A stretch of 64,000 nt of DNA from Nitrosopumilus sp. (GCA_963662625.1 OY759726.1:1024001-1088000), one strand, 5' to 3'; counted from the stretch's first letter, positions 20,376 through 30,830 are shown. Notes: a model not told the origin generated them from the letters alone. A program made the numbers and translations.

Positions 20376-22238
20376 ATGGCAAAGTGGGCAGACTACCTGA
20401 TATCCGAGGCCGTCTACGATTCCAACCACCTGATCTTCAGGGCAAAGCGGCATCAGGACACCGGGGACGGCGTCGGCCCGCCGACGGTGGTGGACAGGCT
20501 TTCGATTGCCTCTGACATAAAAAATGGCCGAAAATACGTCACCATCTACGACACGTCCCTTTCGTGGAAGAAGGGCAACCAAATCCGAGCTTTTCGGTTA
20601 AACGGCGAACCGTATGTCAGGATCGACAACAACGAGGTAAGGCTGGATTTTCTTGGAGACATCCCTGAATTGCAGGGCTACGAGTCCGAACTGGAACAGC
20701 TGTCATCAGGATTAAAAGGACAAGAACCGGATCCAGATCCGGAACCGGAACCTGTCCGGAAGCCCGAGCCTTTCCAAAAGCCGGAACCGTCCACCGAGCC
20801 CGCACCAAAGCCGGAACCGTCCACCGAGCCCGCACCAAAGCCGGAACCGTCCACCGAGCCCGCACCAAAGCCGGAACCGTCCACCGAGCCCGCACCAAAG
20901 CCGGAACCGTCCACCGAGCCCGCACCAAAGCCGGAACCGTCCACCGAGCCCGCACCAAAGCCGGAACCGTCCACCGAGCCCGCACCAAAGCCGGAACCGT
21001 CCACCGAGCCCGCACCAAAGCCGGAACCGTCCACCGAGCCCGCACCAAAGCCGGAACCGTCCACCGAGCCCGCACCAAAGCCGGAACCGTCCACCGAGCC
21101 CGCCGCAGAACCGTCGCCATCATCGGAGACCCAAGCCGCCCCCGAGCTCTCGTCCCAGCGCCCGTGGGGCTCGCTGCCCAAGGGCGTAAAGCCGGAACCG
21201 TCCACCGAGCCCGCCGCAGAACCGTCGCCATCATCGGAGACCCAAGCCGCCCCCGAGCTCTCGTCCCAGCGCCCGTGGGGCTCGCTGCCCAAGGGCGTAA
21301 AGCCGGAACCGTCCACCGAGCCCGCCGCAGAACCGTCGCCATCATCGGAGACCCAAGCCGCCCCCGAGCTCTCGTCCCAGCGCCCGTGGGGCTCGCTGCC
21401 CAAGGGCGTAAAGCCGGAACCGTCCACCGAGCCCGCCGCAGAACCGTCGCCATCATCGGAGACCCAAGCCGCCCCCGAGCTCTCGTCCCAGCGCCCGTGG
21501 GGCTCGCTGCCCAAGGGCGTAAAGCCGGAACCGTCCACCGAGCCCGCCGCAGAACCGTCGCCATCATCGGAGACCCAAGCCGCCCCCGAGCTCTCGTCCC
21601 AGCGCCCGTGGGGCTCGCTGCCCAAGGGCGTAAAGCCGGAACCGTCCACCGAGCCCGCCGCAGAACCGGAACCGGAACCGGAACCGGAACCGGAACCGGA
21701 ACCGGAACCGGAACCGGAACCGGAACCGGAACCGGAACCGGAACCGGAACCGGCCTCCGAGAAACTGGCCCAACTTGCAGACTTTAAATCACAAATTGAG
21801 GAATTGGAAGACTCACTGGCAGACATCAAACTGCTGTCCGGCAGGGTTTCTGAGCAAGAGACTAAGCCGAAAAAAGGAAACGCGCAGCCACGGGTACCCG
21901 GCCCAAAGGCGACCTCAAAACCCGGTGGCGCCGACGAGAAGGCGGCGCGGCTGCTCAAGATGCAGGACGAGGCACTAGGTGACCTGCAGGACAGGCTCGG
22001 GGCTCCCGCGCCAGAAGACGCCCGGCCCGCGCCAGAAGACGCCCGGCCCGCGCCAGAAGACGCCCGGCCCGCGCCAGAGATCACGGCGTACTGCGTCAAA
22101 TGCAAAGAAAAACGCCCAGTCGACAACGCCCGACCCATCGTCATGCAAAACGGGCGCCATGCCGTCAGGGGAACCTGCTCGGTCTGCGGCTGCACGGTAT
22201 TCAGGATTGTCAAGAAACACCAGTCTACGAAACAGTAA
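20376..22238 (+). CDS. DUF3892-like N-domain + Pro/Glu-rich repeat linker + C-terminal DUF5679-like zinc ribbon
   Basis: WADYLIS..YVRID N-terminus; [10 protein letters not shown]...GTCSVCG C-terminus; domain names from recall. Confidence 0.75.
   Translation: MAKWADYLISEAVYDSNHLIFRAKRHQDTGDGVGPPTVVDRLSIASDIKNGRKYVTIYDTSLSWKKGNQIRAFRLNGEPYVRIDNNEVRLDFLGDIPELQGYESELEQLSSGLKGQEPDPDPEPEPVRKPEPFQKPEPSTEPAPKPEPSTEPAPKPEPSTEPAPKPEPSTEPAPKPEPSTEPAPKPEPSTEPAPKPEPSTEPAPKPEPSTEPAPKPEPSTEPAPKPEPSTEPAPKPEPSTEPAAEPSPSSETQAAPELSSQRPWGSLPKGVKPEPSTEPAAEPSPSSETQAAPELSSQRPWGSLPKGVKPEPSTEPAAEPSPSSETQAAPELSSQRPWGSLPKGVKPEPSTEPAAEPSPSSETQAAPELSSQRPWGSLPKGVKPEPSTEPAAEPSPSSETQAAPELSSQRPWGSLPKGVKPEPSTEPAAEPEPEPEPEPEPEPEPEPEPEPEPEPEPEPASEKLAQLADFKSQIEELEDSLADIKLLSGRVSEQETKPKKGNAQPRVPGPKATSKPGGADEKAARLLKMQDEALGDLQDRLGAPAPEDARPAPEDARPAPEDARPAPEITAYCVKCKEKRPVDNARPIVMQNGRHAVRGTCSVCGCTVFRIVKKHQSTKQ
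20778..21752 (+). repeat. Compound in-frame tandem array: 10 x 30 bp, 5 x 111 bp, 15 x GAACCG
   Basis: Units start at 20778 ([10 protein letters not shown]), 21078 (37 aa with WGSLPK) and 21663 (EP); a further 3 x 21 bp near 22005-22075. Confidence 0.95.
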
Positions 22239-22264
22239 AAAAACTAGGCGCCCTCACTACGACT

Positions 22265-22939
22265 ATGACCACCGCACCGACCCAGTGCTTTGTCAGGCTG
22301 TCCAGCTTTGCAGATCTGGCAAGATACGTCTGTGCCTTCAGGGTGCACCCGCTGCGCGCGTACTCCCACAAGTACCGTAACACCAGGATAATCTCGACCA
22401 CCATGGTGCTGAGCAACACCCTGCTGATATTTTACGTCCCCATGAGCAAAACCGGGAGGTACATATCTTACAACACCTCCAAAGGAAAGGAGTCATGCGA
22501 CATCGTGGAGTCTACCAAGGCCATATCGCTTTACGCCCCAATCATAAACTTCGAGTCCAAGATCTCCCCGCTGAGGACCAAGTCAAAAAACCACACTGAC
22601 CGGCTCAACCCGGTCAAGCTGGGGGACATCGGTAGCCTGGCAAGGCTCACCTACGACCCGGACTTTCCAGATGAGCAGGACCTCGCGCTGTTCGCGTTCA
22701 AGCACGGGAGGTCTTGGGTGCTGGGTTACGTCACCTCGCTGGACGTGCACGACATCGTTTACCAGTTCAACTACATAGACCTCGAGTCGGAGCCATCCAA
22801 GCCGTTCCTGAAATACATGGGAAACAAGGGCAGGGATCCGGAATTTGCCGACAGCATAGGGCACGGGTTTACCTACCTGCCGGTAATAAAGATAAAAGTG
22901 GATCATCCCATCTTCGGGATGCGCGGCCGCAGCGCCTAG
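22265..22939 (+). CDS. Hypothetical protein
   Basis: 224-aa ORF downstream of and co-oriented with the repeat protein. Confidence 0.75.
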   Translation: MTTAPTQCFVRLSSFADLARYVCAFRVHPLRAYSHKYRNTRIISTTMVLSNTLLIFYVPMSKTGRYISYNTSKGKESCDIVESTKAISLYAPIINFESKISPLRTKSKNHTDRLNPVKLGDIGSLARLTYDPDFPDEQDLALFAFKHGRSWVLGYVTSLDVHDIVYQFNYIDLESEPSKPFLKYMGNKGRDPEFADSIGHGFTYLPVIKIKVDHPIFGMRGRSA

Positions 22940-23042
22940 TCACCCCCGCGAGGCAAGCTCCGTGATCTTCCGGGCGTGCCGTCATCCCAAGTGGCGCGGG
23001 ATCTGGCTAGTCACCCCCGCGAGGCAAGCTCCGTGATCTTCC
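22936..23042. repeat. 36-bp perfect direct repeat separated by 35 bp
   Basis: CTAGTCACCCCCGCGAGGCAAGCTCCGTGATCTTCC at 22936-22971 and 23007-23042. Confidence 0.92.
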
Positions 23043-23685
23043 TCCTAGAGTCAGACACCATCCTTTCCACGGTCCGGACGTACACCCTGGCGGCGTAGGC
23101 GATCTCAAAGCCCCCGTGGCACTCAAAGAACGCCGACGCGACGACGCAGTCGCCCGCCACCGCCGGCTCCCCGTTTTCCCTCCTCTTGCGGTTGATCGCC
23201 TTCAGGAAGGCCGGGATCTGCCTGTTGACCTCCACCGCGAGCTCACCCCTGGACCTCAGCTTCCCTCCTCTCAAACCCACCCGGACCGGGTGAGGCACGT
23301 CGTCCCTGCACCTCTCCCTTGCCCTGATCATTATCCTTATGGGGGGCAGCCTCTTGTGGCGCCCGTAGGCGCCCGCGATGGCCCTCATGGCGCCAGGATA
23401 GCCCCCGCGGTGCTCCCTTTCGAACCTCTCCCCGTACCACGAGACGAACTCCACCGCGCCCGGGTCGTTCTTCAGCACGCTTTTTTCCCTGAACCCGCCC
23501 ATGCCGCCCCGGTCCACGGGCAGCCCGAAGTCCCTGGCCGCCTCCTCGAATATGCAGCCGTATGCCCTGGCCACCAGGCCGAGGTACGACCGGAAGAAAT
23601 AACCGACATAGTACGGGTCGGGATCGTAGTTCCCGATCTGCACGGCCTCGGCCTTGCAGCCCTCGATCAGCTCCCCGGCGTCCAT
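23011..23685 (-). CDS. Hypothetical protein
   Basis: 224-aa ORF, 6 bp from its upstream neighbour. Confidence 0.7.
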   Translation of the reverse strand: MDAGELIEGCKAEAVQIGNYDPDPYYVGYFFRSYLGLVARAYGCIFEEAARDFGLPVDRGGMGGFREKSVLKNDPGAVEFVSWYGERFEREHRGGYPGAMRAIAGAYGRHKRLPPIRIMIRARERCRDDVPHPVRVGLRGGKLRSRGELAVEVNRQIPAFLKAINRKRRENGEPAVAGDCVVASAFFECHGGFEIAYAARVYVRTVERMVSDSRRKITELASRG

Positions 23686-23691
23686 GGCAGG

Positions 23692-24051
23692 CTATGTGAA
23701 CTTTGAATGACCCTTCAGCTCCACGGCGAGCCTCTTGAAAATCTCGTTGACGCTCACGTCAACCAGGTTGATCGTCGCGTTTTCGGCGACTATCTGCTTT
23801 TCGAACCTTTCCTTGACCGCAAAGGAGACCGACGACCAGTGCAGCACGCCCTTAAGCTGCTCCTCCACTGTGGCGTTGGTGGTGGGAAAGTTCGCCGGCG
23901 AAAACACGATCCCGTCAGTCCACTGCATCGTGGGTATGGCACCCCCGGAGGTGCGCGTGCTGAAGGCGATCTGCCTCACCCAGTCCTCGAACCTGTACTC
24001 GATCACCTCGTGGATCACCAGCTTCTTCCAGGGCTCGATCATGATCTCCAT
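23692..24051 (-). CDS. Conserved archaeal hypothetical protein
   Basis: Likely start MEIMIEPWKKLVIHEV; TATA-like TTATAA upstream. Confidence 0.75.
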   Translation of the reverse strand: MEIMIEPWKKLVIHEVIEYRFEDWVRQIAFSTRTSGGAIPTMQWTDGIVFSPANFPTTNATVEEQLKGVLHWSSVSFAVKERFEKQIVAENATINLVDVSVNEIFKRLAVELKGHSKFT

Positions 24052-24139
24052 GCACTGCCATTCCGCACGGCCGGTTATAACCTTGCTTTCGCGGCCTGCC
24101 GAGCTCATTTTAAATATGGTCCCCCGGATAGAACGTGGA

Positions 24140-25192
24140 ATGGCGGGCCCCGGTGAGGACATCAGTTCGCTGAAGACCGTCGAGTGGAGGGACGGCCGCG
24201 TCGTGATGATCGACCAGACGAGGCTGCCCAACAGGCTCGAGTTCGTGGAGTACGACGACTATTCCCAGGTGGCCGAGGCCATAAGGACGCTGGTCGTCCG
24301 GGGCGCCCCGGCAATCGGGGTGTCCGGCGCCTTTGGGCTGGCCCTTGCCGCGCTGCGGAGCAGCGCCGCGGACAGGGACGCGCTGATCGCCGACATGGAA
24401 AGGGCGAGGGACGTGCTACTCGGGACCAGGCCTACCGCGGTAAACCTGGCCTGGGGCCTGGAACGGATCATGTCCGTCGCGGCGTCCTGCGGGACGGCCT
24501 CCCAGGTGCGCGAGTCGGTCGTCGCCGAGGCCAAAAGCATGGCAGAGCGGGACGTCGAGATCAACAGATCGATGGGGCGGAACGGCTCGGCACTCTTCGA
24601 GGACAATGACACCGTCATGACCCACTGCAACGCCGGTGCCCTGGCGACCGTGGGGTACGGCACCGCGCTGGGGGTGATCAGGGCCGCAAAGGAGAGCGGG
24701 AAGAACGTCAGGGTGATAGCCACCGAGACCAGGCCCGTCCAGCAGGGCTCCAGGCTCACCGCGTTCGAGCTGATGCATGACGGCTTTGACGTGAGCCTGA
24801 TCCCGGACACGGCGGTGGGCTACAGCATGGCAAACGGCCTGGTGGACAAGGTGGTGGTGGGCGCAGACAGGATCGTGAAGACCGGGCACGTGTTCAACAA
24901 GATCGGGACGTACCAGGTCGCGGCCATGGCCAAGCGGCACGGGATCCCGTTCTACGTGGCCGCGCCGCTGTCCACGTTCGACATGAAAAGCAGCCACCGG
25001 GACGTGATCATCGAGATGAGGAAGGGGGCCGAGGTCACGGGGACGGGAGACGGGAGGACCGCGCCCGACGGCGTCAGCGTGATCAACCCGGCGTTTGACA
25101 TGACCCCCCCGGAACTGATCGCCGGGATCATCACCGAGAGGGGGATAGCCGCCCCCCCGCTCGCGGAGTCGATCGCGGGGCTGTTTGGCTGA
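24140..25192 (+). CDS. mtnA: S-methyl-5-thioribose-1-phosphate isomerase
   Basis: IDQTRLP, VRGAPAIG, RPTAVNL, THCNAGALAT, ETRP, NKIGTY, NPAFD. Confidence 0.95.
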   Translation: MAGPGEDISSLKTVEWRDGRVVMIDQTRLPNRLEFVEYDDYSQVAEAIRTLVVRGAPAIGVSGAFGLALAALRSSAADRDALIADMERARDVLLGTRPTAVNLAWGLERIMSVAASCGTASQVRESVVAEAKSMAERDVEINRSMGRNGSALFEDNDTVMTHCNAGALATVGYGTALGVIRAAKESGKNVRVIATETRPVQQGSRLTAFELMHDGFDVSLIPDTAVGYSMANGLVDKVVVGADRIVKTGHVFNKIGTYQVAAMAKRHGIPFYVAAPLSTFDMKSSHRDVIIEMRKGAEVTGTGDGRTAPDGVSVINPAFDMTPPELIAGIITERGIAAPPLAESIAGLFG

Positions 25193-25264
25193 CCCGGGAG
25201 CCCGGAATTAATCAAAGCTAATTTTTAGAAAGTTTTTATTGTTTCCAAAACGGTCTTACAGGAT

Positions 25265-25912
25265 ATGATCACCGTTTCTGCCCAGGCAGTGGAGGACTCG
25301 CTCAGGCAGTGCATGGATCCCGAGATCCCGCTGAACATAGTGGAGATGGGCCTGATCTATGGGATCGACGTTGCGGAGAACAACGACGTCAGCATCAAGA
25401 TGACCATGACCACCCAGGGGTGCCCACTGCACGAGACACTCGTCCAGGACGCGACGAGGTTCGTAAAGAGGGTCCCGGGCGTGAACAACGTCAAGGTGGA
25501 CATCGTCTGGGATCCGCCGTGGACGATGGACAAGATGTCGGAGGGCGCCAGGCAGAAGATCAAGAGCATGGGCATCGGGGCGGGCACCCCGGCGCCGATC
25601 AACTACGAGACCGCGCTGCCGCAGGGGGTCGGCAAGCTGGTGCAGCAGAAGGACGGCTCGATGGTGCTGGCAAACGAGCACGACCAGGGATTCATGGTAA
25701 ACCAGGCGATCGTCGACTTTTGGAAGTCGTGCAACGGGCAGCGGAAGGTGACGGAGCTCGTGGACCTGTTCGCGCAGCAGACGGGGCTGCAACGGAACCA
25801 GGTGGAAAAGGAGGTCACGCAGCTCCTCCAGCAGCTGCGCGACGGGGGGCTGATCGTCATCCCGAGCCAGCCAGACGCCCCGAACGTCGAGTTCAACGGT
25901 CAGAAGACGTAG
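25265..25912 (+). CDS. DUF59 (Fe-S assembly, SufT/PaaD-like) domain fused to PqqD-like domain
   Basis: DPEIPLNIVEMGLIY, TTQGCP, WDPPW; C-terminal NQ..FWK.CNG...LQQLRDGGLI. Confidence 0.8.
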   Translation: MITVSAQAVEDSLRQCMDPEIPLNIVEMGLIYGIDVAENNDVSIKMTMTTQGCPLHETLVQDATRFVKRVPGVNNVKVDIVWDPPWTMDKMSEGARQKIKSMGIGAGTPAPINYETALPQGVGKLVQQKDGSMVLANEHDQGFMVNQAIVDFWKSCNGQRKVTELVDLFAQQTGLQRNQVEKEVTQLLQQLRDGGLIVIPSQPDAPNVEFNGQKT

Positions 25913-26547
25913 CTCGAGCTCGCGCCGTCAAAGTTGACCACTGCCCCGGAAAGGTACTTTATCCTGTTCTGGACTATGGCCCTCACAAAGTCGCCTATCT
26001 CGCCGGGCTCGCCGAGCCTCTTCATGGGGAGCGATCTACCGTACTCCTCGGCGTCCCCCACCAGCTCCCTGGTCCTGTCCGTGTTGATCGGACCCGGGGC
26101 GATGTTGACGCAGCTGATCCCCCTGCCGGCGTATTCCCTGCTCATGACCTTGAAGACCTCGCTGAACGCGGCCCTGTACGCCGAGGATATGACCAGCCTC
26201 TCGCTCGGCTCCTTTATCACGCTCGAGCTGATCAGGAATATGTACCCGCCGGGATTCACGATGATCCCCCGCAGCAGCTGGCAGAAGCCCAGGAACAGCT
26301 GGTTGTGGTACCTGTTCCAGTCTGCCTCCGTGACGTCGCGGAACTCCTTGGGCTCCGGGCCACCGGTGTTCAACACCAGGATGTCCGTCCTGCCGTGGCC
26401 CTCGGCGAACCTCCTCACGCTGTCCAGGTCGGACGTGTCCACGTCTTTCCTCGAGGCCGCAAAGACCTCGATCCCGGCCGACCTCAGCGACTCGGCGATG
26501 GCCTTGCCGATCCCCCTGGAGCCCCCCAGAACAATCGCCCCCGCCAT
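25900..26547 (-). CDS. Short-chain dehydrogenase/reductase
   Basis: GGSRGIG, NTGGP, NIAPG.I.TDR, RLGEP.E. Confidence 0.9.
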   Translation of the reverse strand: MAGAIVLGGSRGIGKAIAESLRSAGIEVFAASRKDVDTSDLDSVRRFAEGHGRTDILVLNTGGPEPKEFRDVTEADWNRYHNQLFLGFCQLLRGIIVNPGGYIFLISSSVIKEPSERLVISSAYRAAFSEVFKVMSREYAGRGISCVNIAPGPINTDRTRELVGDAEEYGRSLPMKRLGEPGEIGDFVRAIVQNRIKYLSGAVVNFDGASSSYVF

Positions 26548-26606
26548 GCGGTACAACAACACGCGGCCTATTTAGCCTGTGCAGCGGGCCTGCAGGCGCC
26601 GCCCCC

Positions 26607-26858
26607 TCAGGCGGTGCCTGCGCTCTCCTTGATCTCAGAGATCGTCCCCAGGACCGAGTCCATCCTGACGATGGCGATCTTACCGTCCCAGCCAAGCGCG
26701 ACGTACCAGTCCCCCGCGTCGGAGTGGTATTTGGTCTCCAGGGTCTTGATCCCGCCGGGCTCGGCGCCGTACGCCTTCGCGACGCCGGAGACCGCGAGTG
26801 CTATGGCGTCCCCCTCCTTCTCCAGCCTCCTCTTCATCAGTCCTATCCCGGGGCTCAC
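26607..26858 (-). CDS. Small conserved hypothetical protein
   Basis: 83-aa ORF with host-like codon usage. Confidence 0.65.
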   Translation of the reverse strand: MSPGIGLMKRRLEKEGDAIALAVSGVAKAYGAEPGGIKTLETKYHSDAGDWYVALGWDGKIAIVRMDSVLGTISEIKESAGTA

Positions 26859-26906
26859 GGTTTCGGTCCGCGCCGTCCTCTAATAAAGCCTTCAGGCAGC
26901 CCGTCC

Positions 26907-29094
26907 GTATGAGGTCACCACCCCTACACTGTCTTGGATGCCCCGCCTGACAGGGATTTCCCGTGCCCCCCACGTGATCATGCACGTCATGAAGTAGGAC
27001 CGCCTGTCCCTCCAGGGCTTCCCGACCTTGATCTGGCCGCCTGTCTTTCGGGACACCACCATGTGCCGCAGGCCGCGCCCGGGGGCGCTGTCCGTGGGTC
27101 CCGCCCCCCGTGCCCCGGGAACGCAGACCGGCGGGGCAGCGGCGCCTGCAGCCTGCCCGCCAGGGGGGCAAGCGCGGTGCCCCTGGCGTCTCCGTGCCCG
27201 AACAGCAGCCTGCGCATCCCAGACCCGGAGGCGCGGCGCAGGCGCGCCGAGTGCCTGCCCGAGGCGGCGCCCGCCAGCGCCCCGGCGTACACGTCTGACA
27301 CCTGCCGGCGCGGCACCCCGGCGCGCGGCGCCGCCCCCTTCCTCTCCGCCGCGTGCCGCAGCTCCCGCAGCCCGCGGGGCCGGCACGGCCGGCGGCGCCC
27401 GCCCGGGCCGGACCTCCCGTACGCGGAGGGCCTGCCGGACGTGACGATCCCGCGGTACCCGTCCATGTACCTGCCGGGCACCTGCGACCCCCTGCTCCGG
27501 CCGTCCACGGTCACGGCGTTCCTGCCGGACTGGATGACCCGCGCCCACCCGTCCTCTCCCGCCAGGCTGGCGCGCGTCCCGTCGGCCCCGGCCCTCTTGG
27601 ACCTCCTGGCGCGTCCCACGATGTCCCGGAACGGCCCGCGCATCGCGCCGCGGGTGCGCCCCGTCACGTTTATGGCTCTGCATGTTTCGCGATCCTCACC
27701 CCGGTGATCTCCCGTACGTAGTGATCACATTAGATAATCGCTCATCTTGGCGACCTTGATCTCCCCCGTGCGCAGCATCGTCCCTATTGATTCCTTCATC
27801 TCGTCGGCCGACCCGTACAGCCTGTTGGCAGTGTGCAGCCCCGTGTTGCGCCACTGTCCCTCCGCCGGGCTGGGGTCTGGCGCGTGGGCGGGAAAGTGCA
27901 TGAGCACGACGTCCCCGCCGCGGCCCCTGACGGCTCCCGTCACCTTGCGCGACTTGCGGCAGCCCGCGCTGCCCGCAGGGACGGGCACCTTCCCGGACCT
28001 CCTGCGGAGCCTGCCGAGAAAGTCCGAGAAGCTGTCCCCGTTAGCCCTCTCGCAGGACGGGCAGCAGGACCCGTCCCGGCGCGGCGCGCCAAACGAGCAG
28101 GACCGCTGCCCCGGCAGCGCGGGCGGGGCCGCGGCCCCGGCGCCCCGGGGCGCCCGCGCCTTCTTCTGCACCAGCCCGATTATGTGGGACGCCTCGTCCT
28201 GGGCGACGACGGCGTACCCCCCGGGGAGCAGCGCGGGACGGCGCGCCTTGCTTTTTTTTAAACGCCCTCCGCCCGGGTCCCGGGGCCGGCTTGGGGTGCC
28301 TGGGCCTGGGGGTCTGCCTCGTGAAGCCGATCCTGCGCGGCACCTCGCATGTCCCGGAGGTGCCGTACCGCACCCCGAACCTTTTCTCCATGCGGGCCGC
28401 CAGGAGGCGGGCGGCCCGCAGGCCCGACCCGAACCCGAACCCCTGCGGGCCCGCGAGGGGGCCTTTCCTGGGCTGCGCCAGCTGCGGCCCGCCCGGCTCC
28501 GGCGGGGTGCCGGGCCTCCTCTCGTCGTACCTGCCGTGGATCCCCGTCCGCATGGCGCGCATGAGCCACCCGCGCACCGTGGAGTAGGGCCGGTTCAGCG
28601 CCCCGCCTATCTGGCGTATGGACGCGCCCTCCTTGCGCATAACGTACGCGAGCAGCCTCGCGCGTGCCTTCGGATCCTTTTCCGTCCTGCGGGTCTTCCT
28701 GAGGTACCCCGCCCCAGTCTTGGGAAGGAACTCCCTCCCTGTTGGTATGATGATGTCTTTCATGCGTGGCGTCAGGCTTGCCACGATCTGGACCTTTCGG
28801 TCTAATATTGTTGGCTGTTTTGTGAGCGATTATTAGTTGGGATTACTACGGCACCCGCCATCTTCCCGAACGGGGCGGCCGCGCGGAGCGGCGCGGCCAC
28901 CGCGGCCACCGTGTTCCTGCCGCAGCTCCCGCGCGCCGGGAGGCCGCCTGGCGCCACGTGCAACTTGCAGCACCCGGGGCCCCCGGCGGCCTGGCCGTTC
29001 TGCGCCTTGCCACGCACGTACTGGCACCTCCTGCCATAGGGATCGGCATGATCGCGCCTTGTTGGTTAAAGGGTCAGCACACGTGACCTCATAC
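26907..29094 (-). mobile_element. Degenerate, internally deleted IS66-family element
   Basis: 12-bp TIR GTATGAGGTCAC / GTGACCTCATAC; 8-bp flanks GCCCGTCC / GCCAGTCC (7/8 match); decayed TnpC motifs; homologous to 41074-42075. Confidence 0.82.
27721..28846 (-). mobile_element. Degenerate IS630-family element nested in the IS66 relic
   Basis: 24-bp imperfect TIR (18/24, core ATAATCGCTCA) flanked by TA; HTH ORF, A8 slippery run at 28252-28259, QDEAS, decayed P..PxxNPxExxW; IS66 sequence resumes on both sides. Confidence 0.85.
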
Positions 29095-29141
29095 GCCAGT
29101 CCCGGCGGACGGGCGCGCGATCCGGTCCTGCCACGGCATGA

Positions 29142-29216
29142 AGGGCTCGGAGGGCTTCGATCCCTCGACCTGGCGGTCCGAAGCCGCCCGCACTATCCTG
29201 ACTGTGCTACGAGTCC
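29142..29216 (-). tRNA. tRNA-Arg(TCG)
   Basis: Cloverleaf GGACTCG..GCAC/GTGC..GGCGG-CT-TCG-GA-CCGCC..GAGGG-ATCGAAG-CCCTC-CGAGCCC; one acceptor-stem mismatch. Confidence 0.88.
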
Positions 29217-29259
29217 AAAAAAATAAGAATTTAACGGGCCTAAATACCTGTCTTGGTAC

Positions 29260-30435
29260 ATGAAGGTATCAAGGAAGGTGGTCGGAGTGGAGTACGCAAT
29301 CCGGGACATCGTGCTTGCCGCCAGGAGGGTGCAGCAGAAGGGGATGCGGGTAGACTACCTCAACATAGGCGATCCGGTGCAGTTCGGCTTCCAGCCGCCC
29401 GACAACGTGCGGCAGGCGCTCGTCGACTCCGTCAGGAGGGGCGAGAACTACTACTCCCCGTCCGAAGGCCTGCCGGAGCTCCGCGACGCGATAGCGAAAA
29501 AAGAGGGCGCCAACGGCTTCCAGACATCCCCCGACGACGTACTGATCACCAACGGCGTCTCCGAGGGGCTGGACATGGTGATGTCGTCGATCGTGGAGGA
29601 GGGCGACGAGGTGCTGCTGCCCGGGCCGTACTACCCGCCGTACGCGTCGTACGTCCGGCTGCACGGCGGGGTGCCCGTCGAGTTCGCAGTCGACCTGGAG
29701 CACTCCACGCCCGACATAGGAGACATAATGTCCAAGATCACCCCGAAGACGGTCGCAATCTGCCTGATCAGCCCGAACAACCCCACGGGCGTGGTGTTCA
29801 ACGAAAAGTCGCTGAGGGAGCTCGTGGACATCGCGAACCAGCACGGGCTTTACATAATCTGCGACGAGATATACGACCGGATAGTGTTCGACGAGGAGTT
29901 CGTCGGCATCGGTAGGGTGGCAGGCGACTCCCCGGTGATAGTCCTCAACGGCTTCTCCAAGGTCAACCTGATGTCGGGGTGGCGCATCGGCTACATCGCG
30001 TTCGGCCGGTCCCCGGGGCTCGACGGCCTGCGCGAACACCTGCCAAAGCTGGCCCGGGTCAGGATAGCGACGAACCTGCCGGTCCAGCACGCGGCCCTGG
30101 AGTCCCTCCGGGGGCCGCAGGACTACATATCCCGGTTCGTGTCCGAACTGAAGGCGCGCAGGGACTTCGTGGTGGGGCGCCTCAACTCGATGCCGGGGCT
30201 GTCCTGCCCCGTCCCGAGGGGCGCGTTTTACGCGTTCCCGAGGATCGAGACCGACAGGTTCGGCACCGACAAGGAGTTCGTCACGGGCCTCCTGGAGTCG
30301 AAGGGGGTCCTGACCGTCCACGGCTCAGGCTTCGGGGAGCAGTTCGGCAGCGGGCACTTTAGGCTGGTCTTCCTGCCCGGCATGGACGTGCTGGAGTCCG
30401 CAATGGACAAGATCGAGGAGTTCGTGGGTCAGTAG
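29260..30435 (+). CDS. PLP-dependent class I/II aminotransferase (AlaA/AspC-like)
   Basis: LNIGDP, PNNPTG, DEIY, GFSK..MSGWRIG, GAFY. Confidence 0.93.
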   Translation: MKVSRKVVGVEYAIRDIVLAARRVQQKGMRVDYLNIGDPVQFGFQPPDNVRQALVDSVRRGENYYSPSEGLPELRDAIAKKEGANGFQTSPDDVLITNGVSEGLDMVMSSIVEEGDEVLLPGPYYPPYASYVRLHGGVPVEFAVDLEHSTPDIGDIMSKITPKTVAICLISPNNPTGVVFNEKSLRELVDIANQHGLYIICDEIYDRIVFDEEFVGIGRVAGDSPVIVLNGFSKVNLMSGWRIGYIAFGRSPGLDGLREHLPKLARVRIATNLPVQHAALESLRGPQDYISRFVSELKARRDFVVGRLNSMPGLSCPVPRGAFYAFPRIETDRFGTDKEFVTGLLESKGVLTVHGSGFGEQFGSGHFRLVFLPGMDVLESAMDKIEEFVGQ

Positions 30436-30830
30436 CTCCAGTACGAGAGCCTGTCGGGCACGATCTCGATTATGCAGTCGGTGTCGTCGAGCAGCTCCGC
30501 GGCGGCCTTGGATTCCAGCGAGTCGTAGTACCTCGAAAGGATCCTCCTTGCGATCCTCTTCACCCTGCCCACCTCCAGGATCAGGCTGGCGCGCCCGCGG
30601 CCCGCGACGCCGAAGATGTCCGGGGAGTTCACGCCCACGTCGACGCAGAACGCGACGTCCCCGTTCCTCCCCACGTTCCTCGCCTTCTGCGTCCCCGCGT
30701 TGGTGCCCACGTAGAGTTTTTTAGCGATGAGGCCGTACCACACGGGAACCACGTGGGGCGTCCCGTCGGCCCCCACCGTCGCCAGCCTCAGGACCTTCTG
30801 GGATCTCAGGAACTCATCCCTTTTGTTCAC
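30429..30830 (-). CDS. Pyridoxamine 5'-phosphate oxidase-like (putative F420-dependent) protein
   Basis: LATV..DGTPHVVPVW, K.RN..N..VAFCVD; GTG start assumed. Confidence 0.82.
   Translation of the reverse strand: MNKRDEFLRSQKVLRLATVGADGTPHVVPVWYGLIAKKLYVGTNAGTQKARNVGRNGDVAFCVDVGVNSPDIFGVAGRGRASLILEVGRVKRIARRILSRYYDSLESKAAAELLDDTDCIIEIVPDRLSYWSY

Noticed and set aside
22936-23042. Mini CRISPR array (36-bp repeats, 35-bp spacer)
   Set aside because: Only two copies, the repeat is coding sequence of the adjacent gene, and there is no leader or cas gene.
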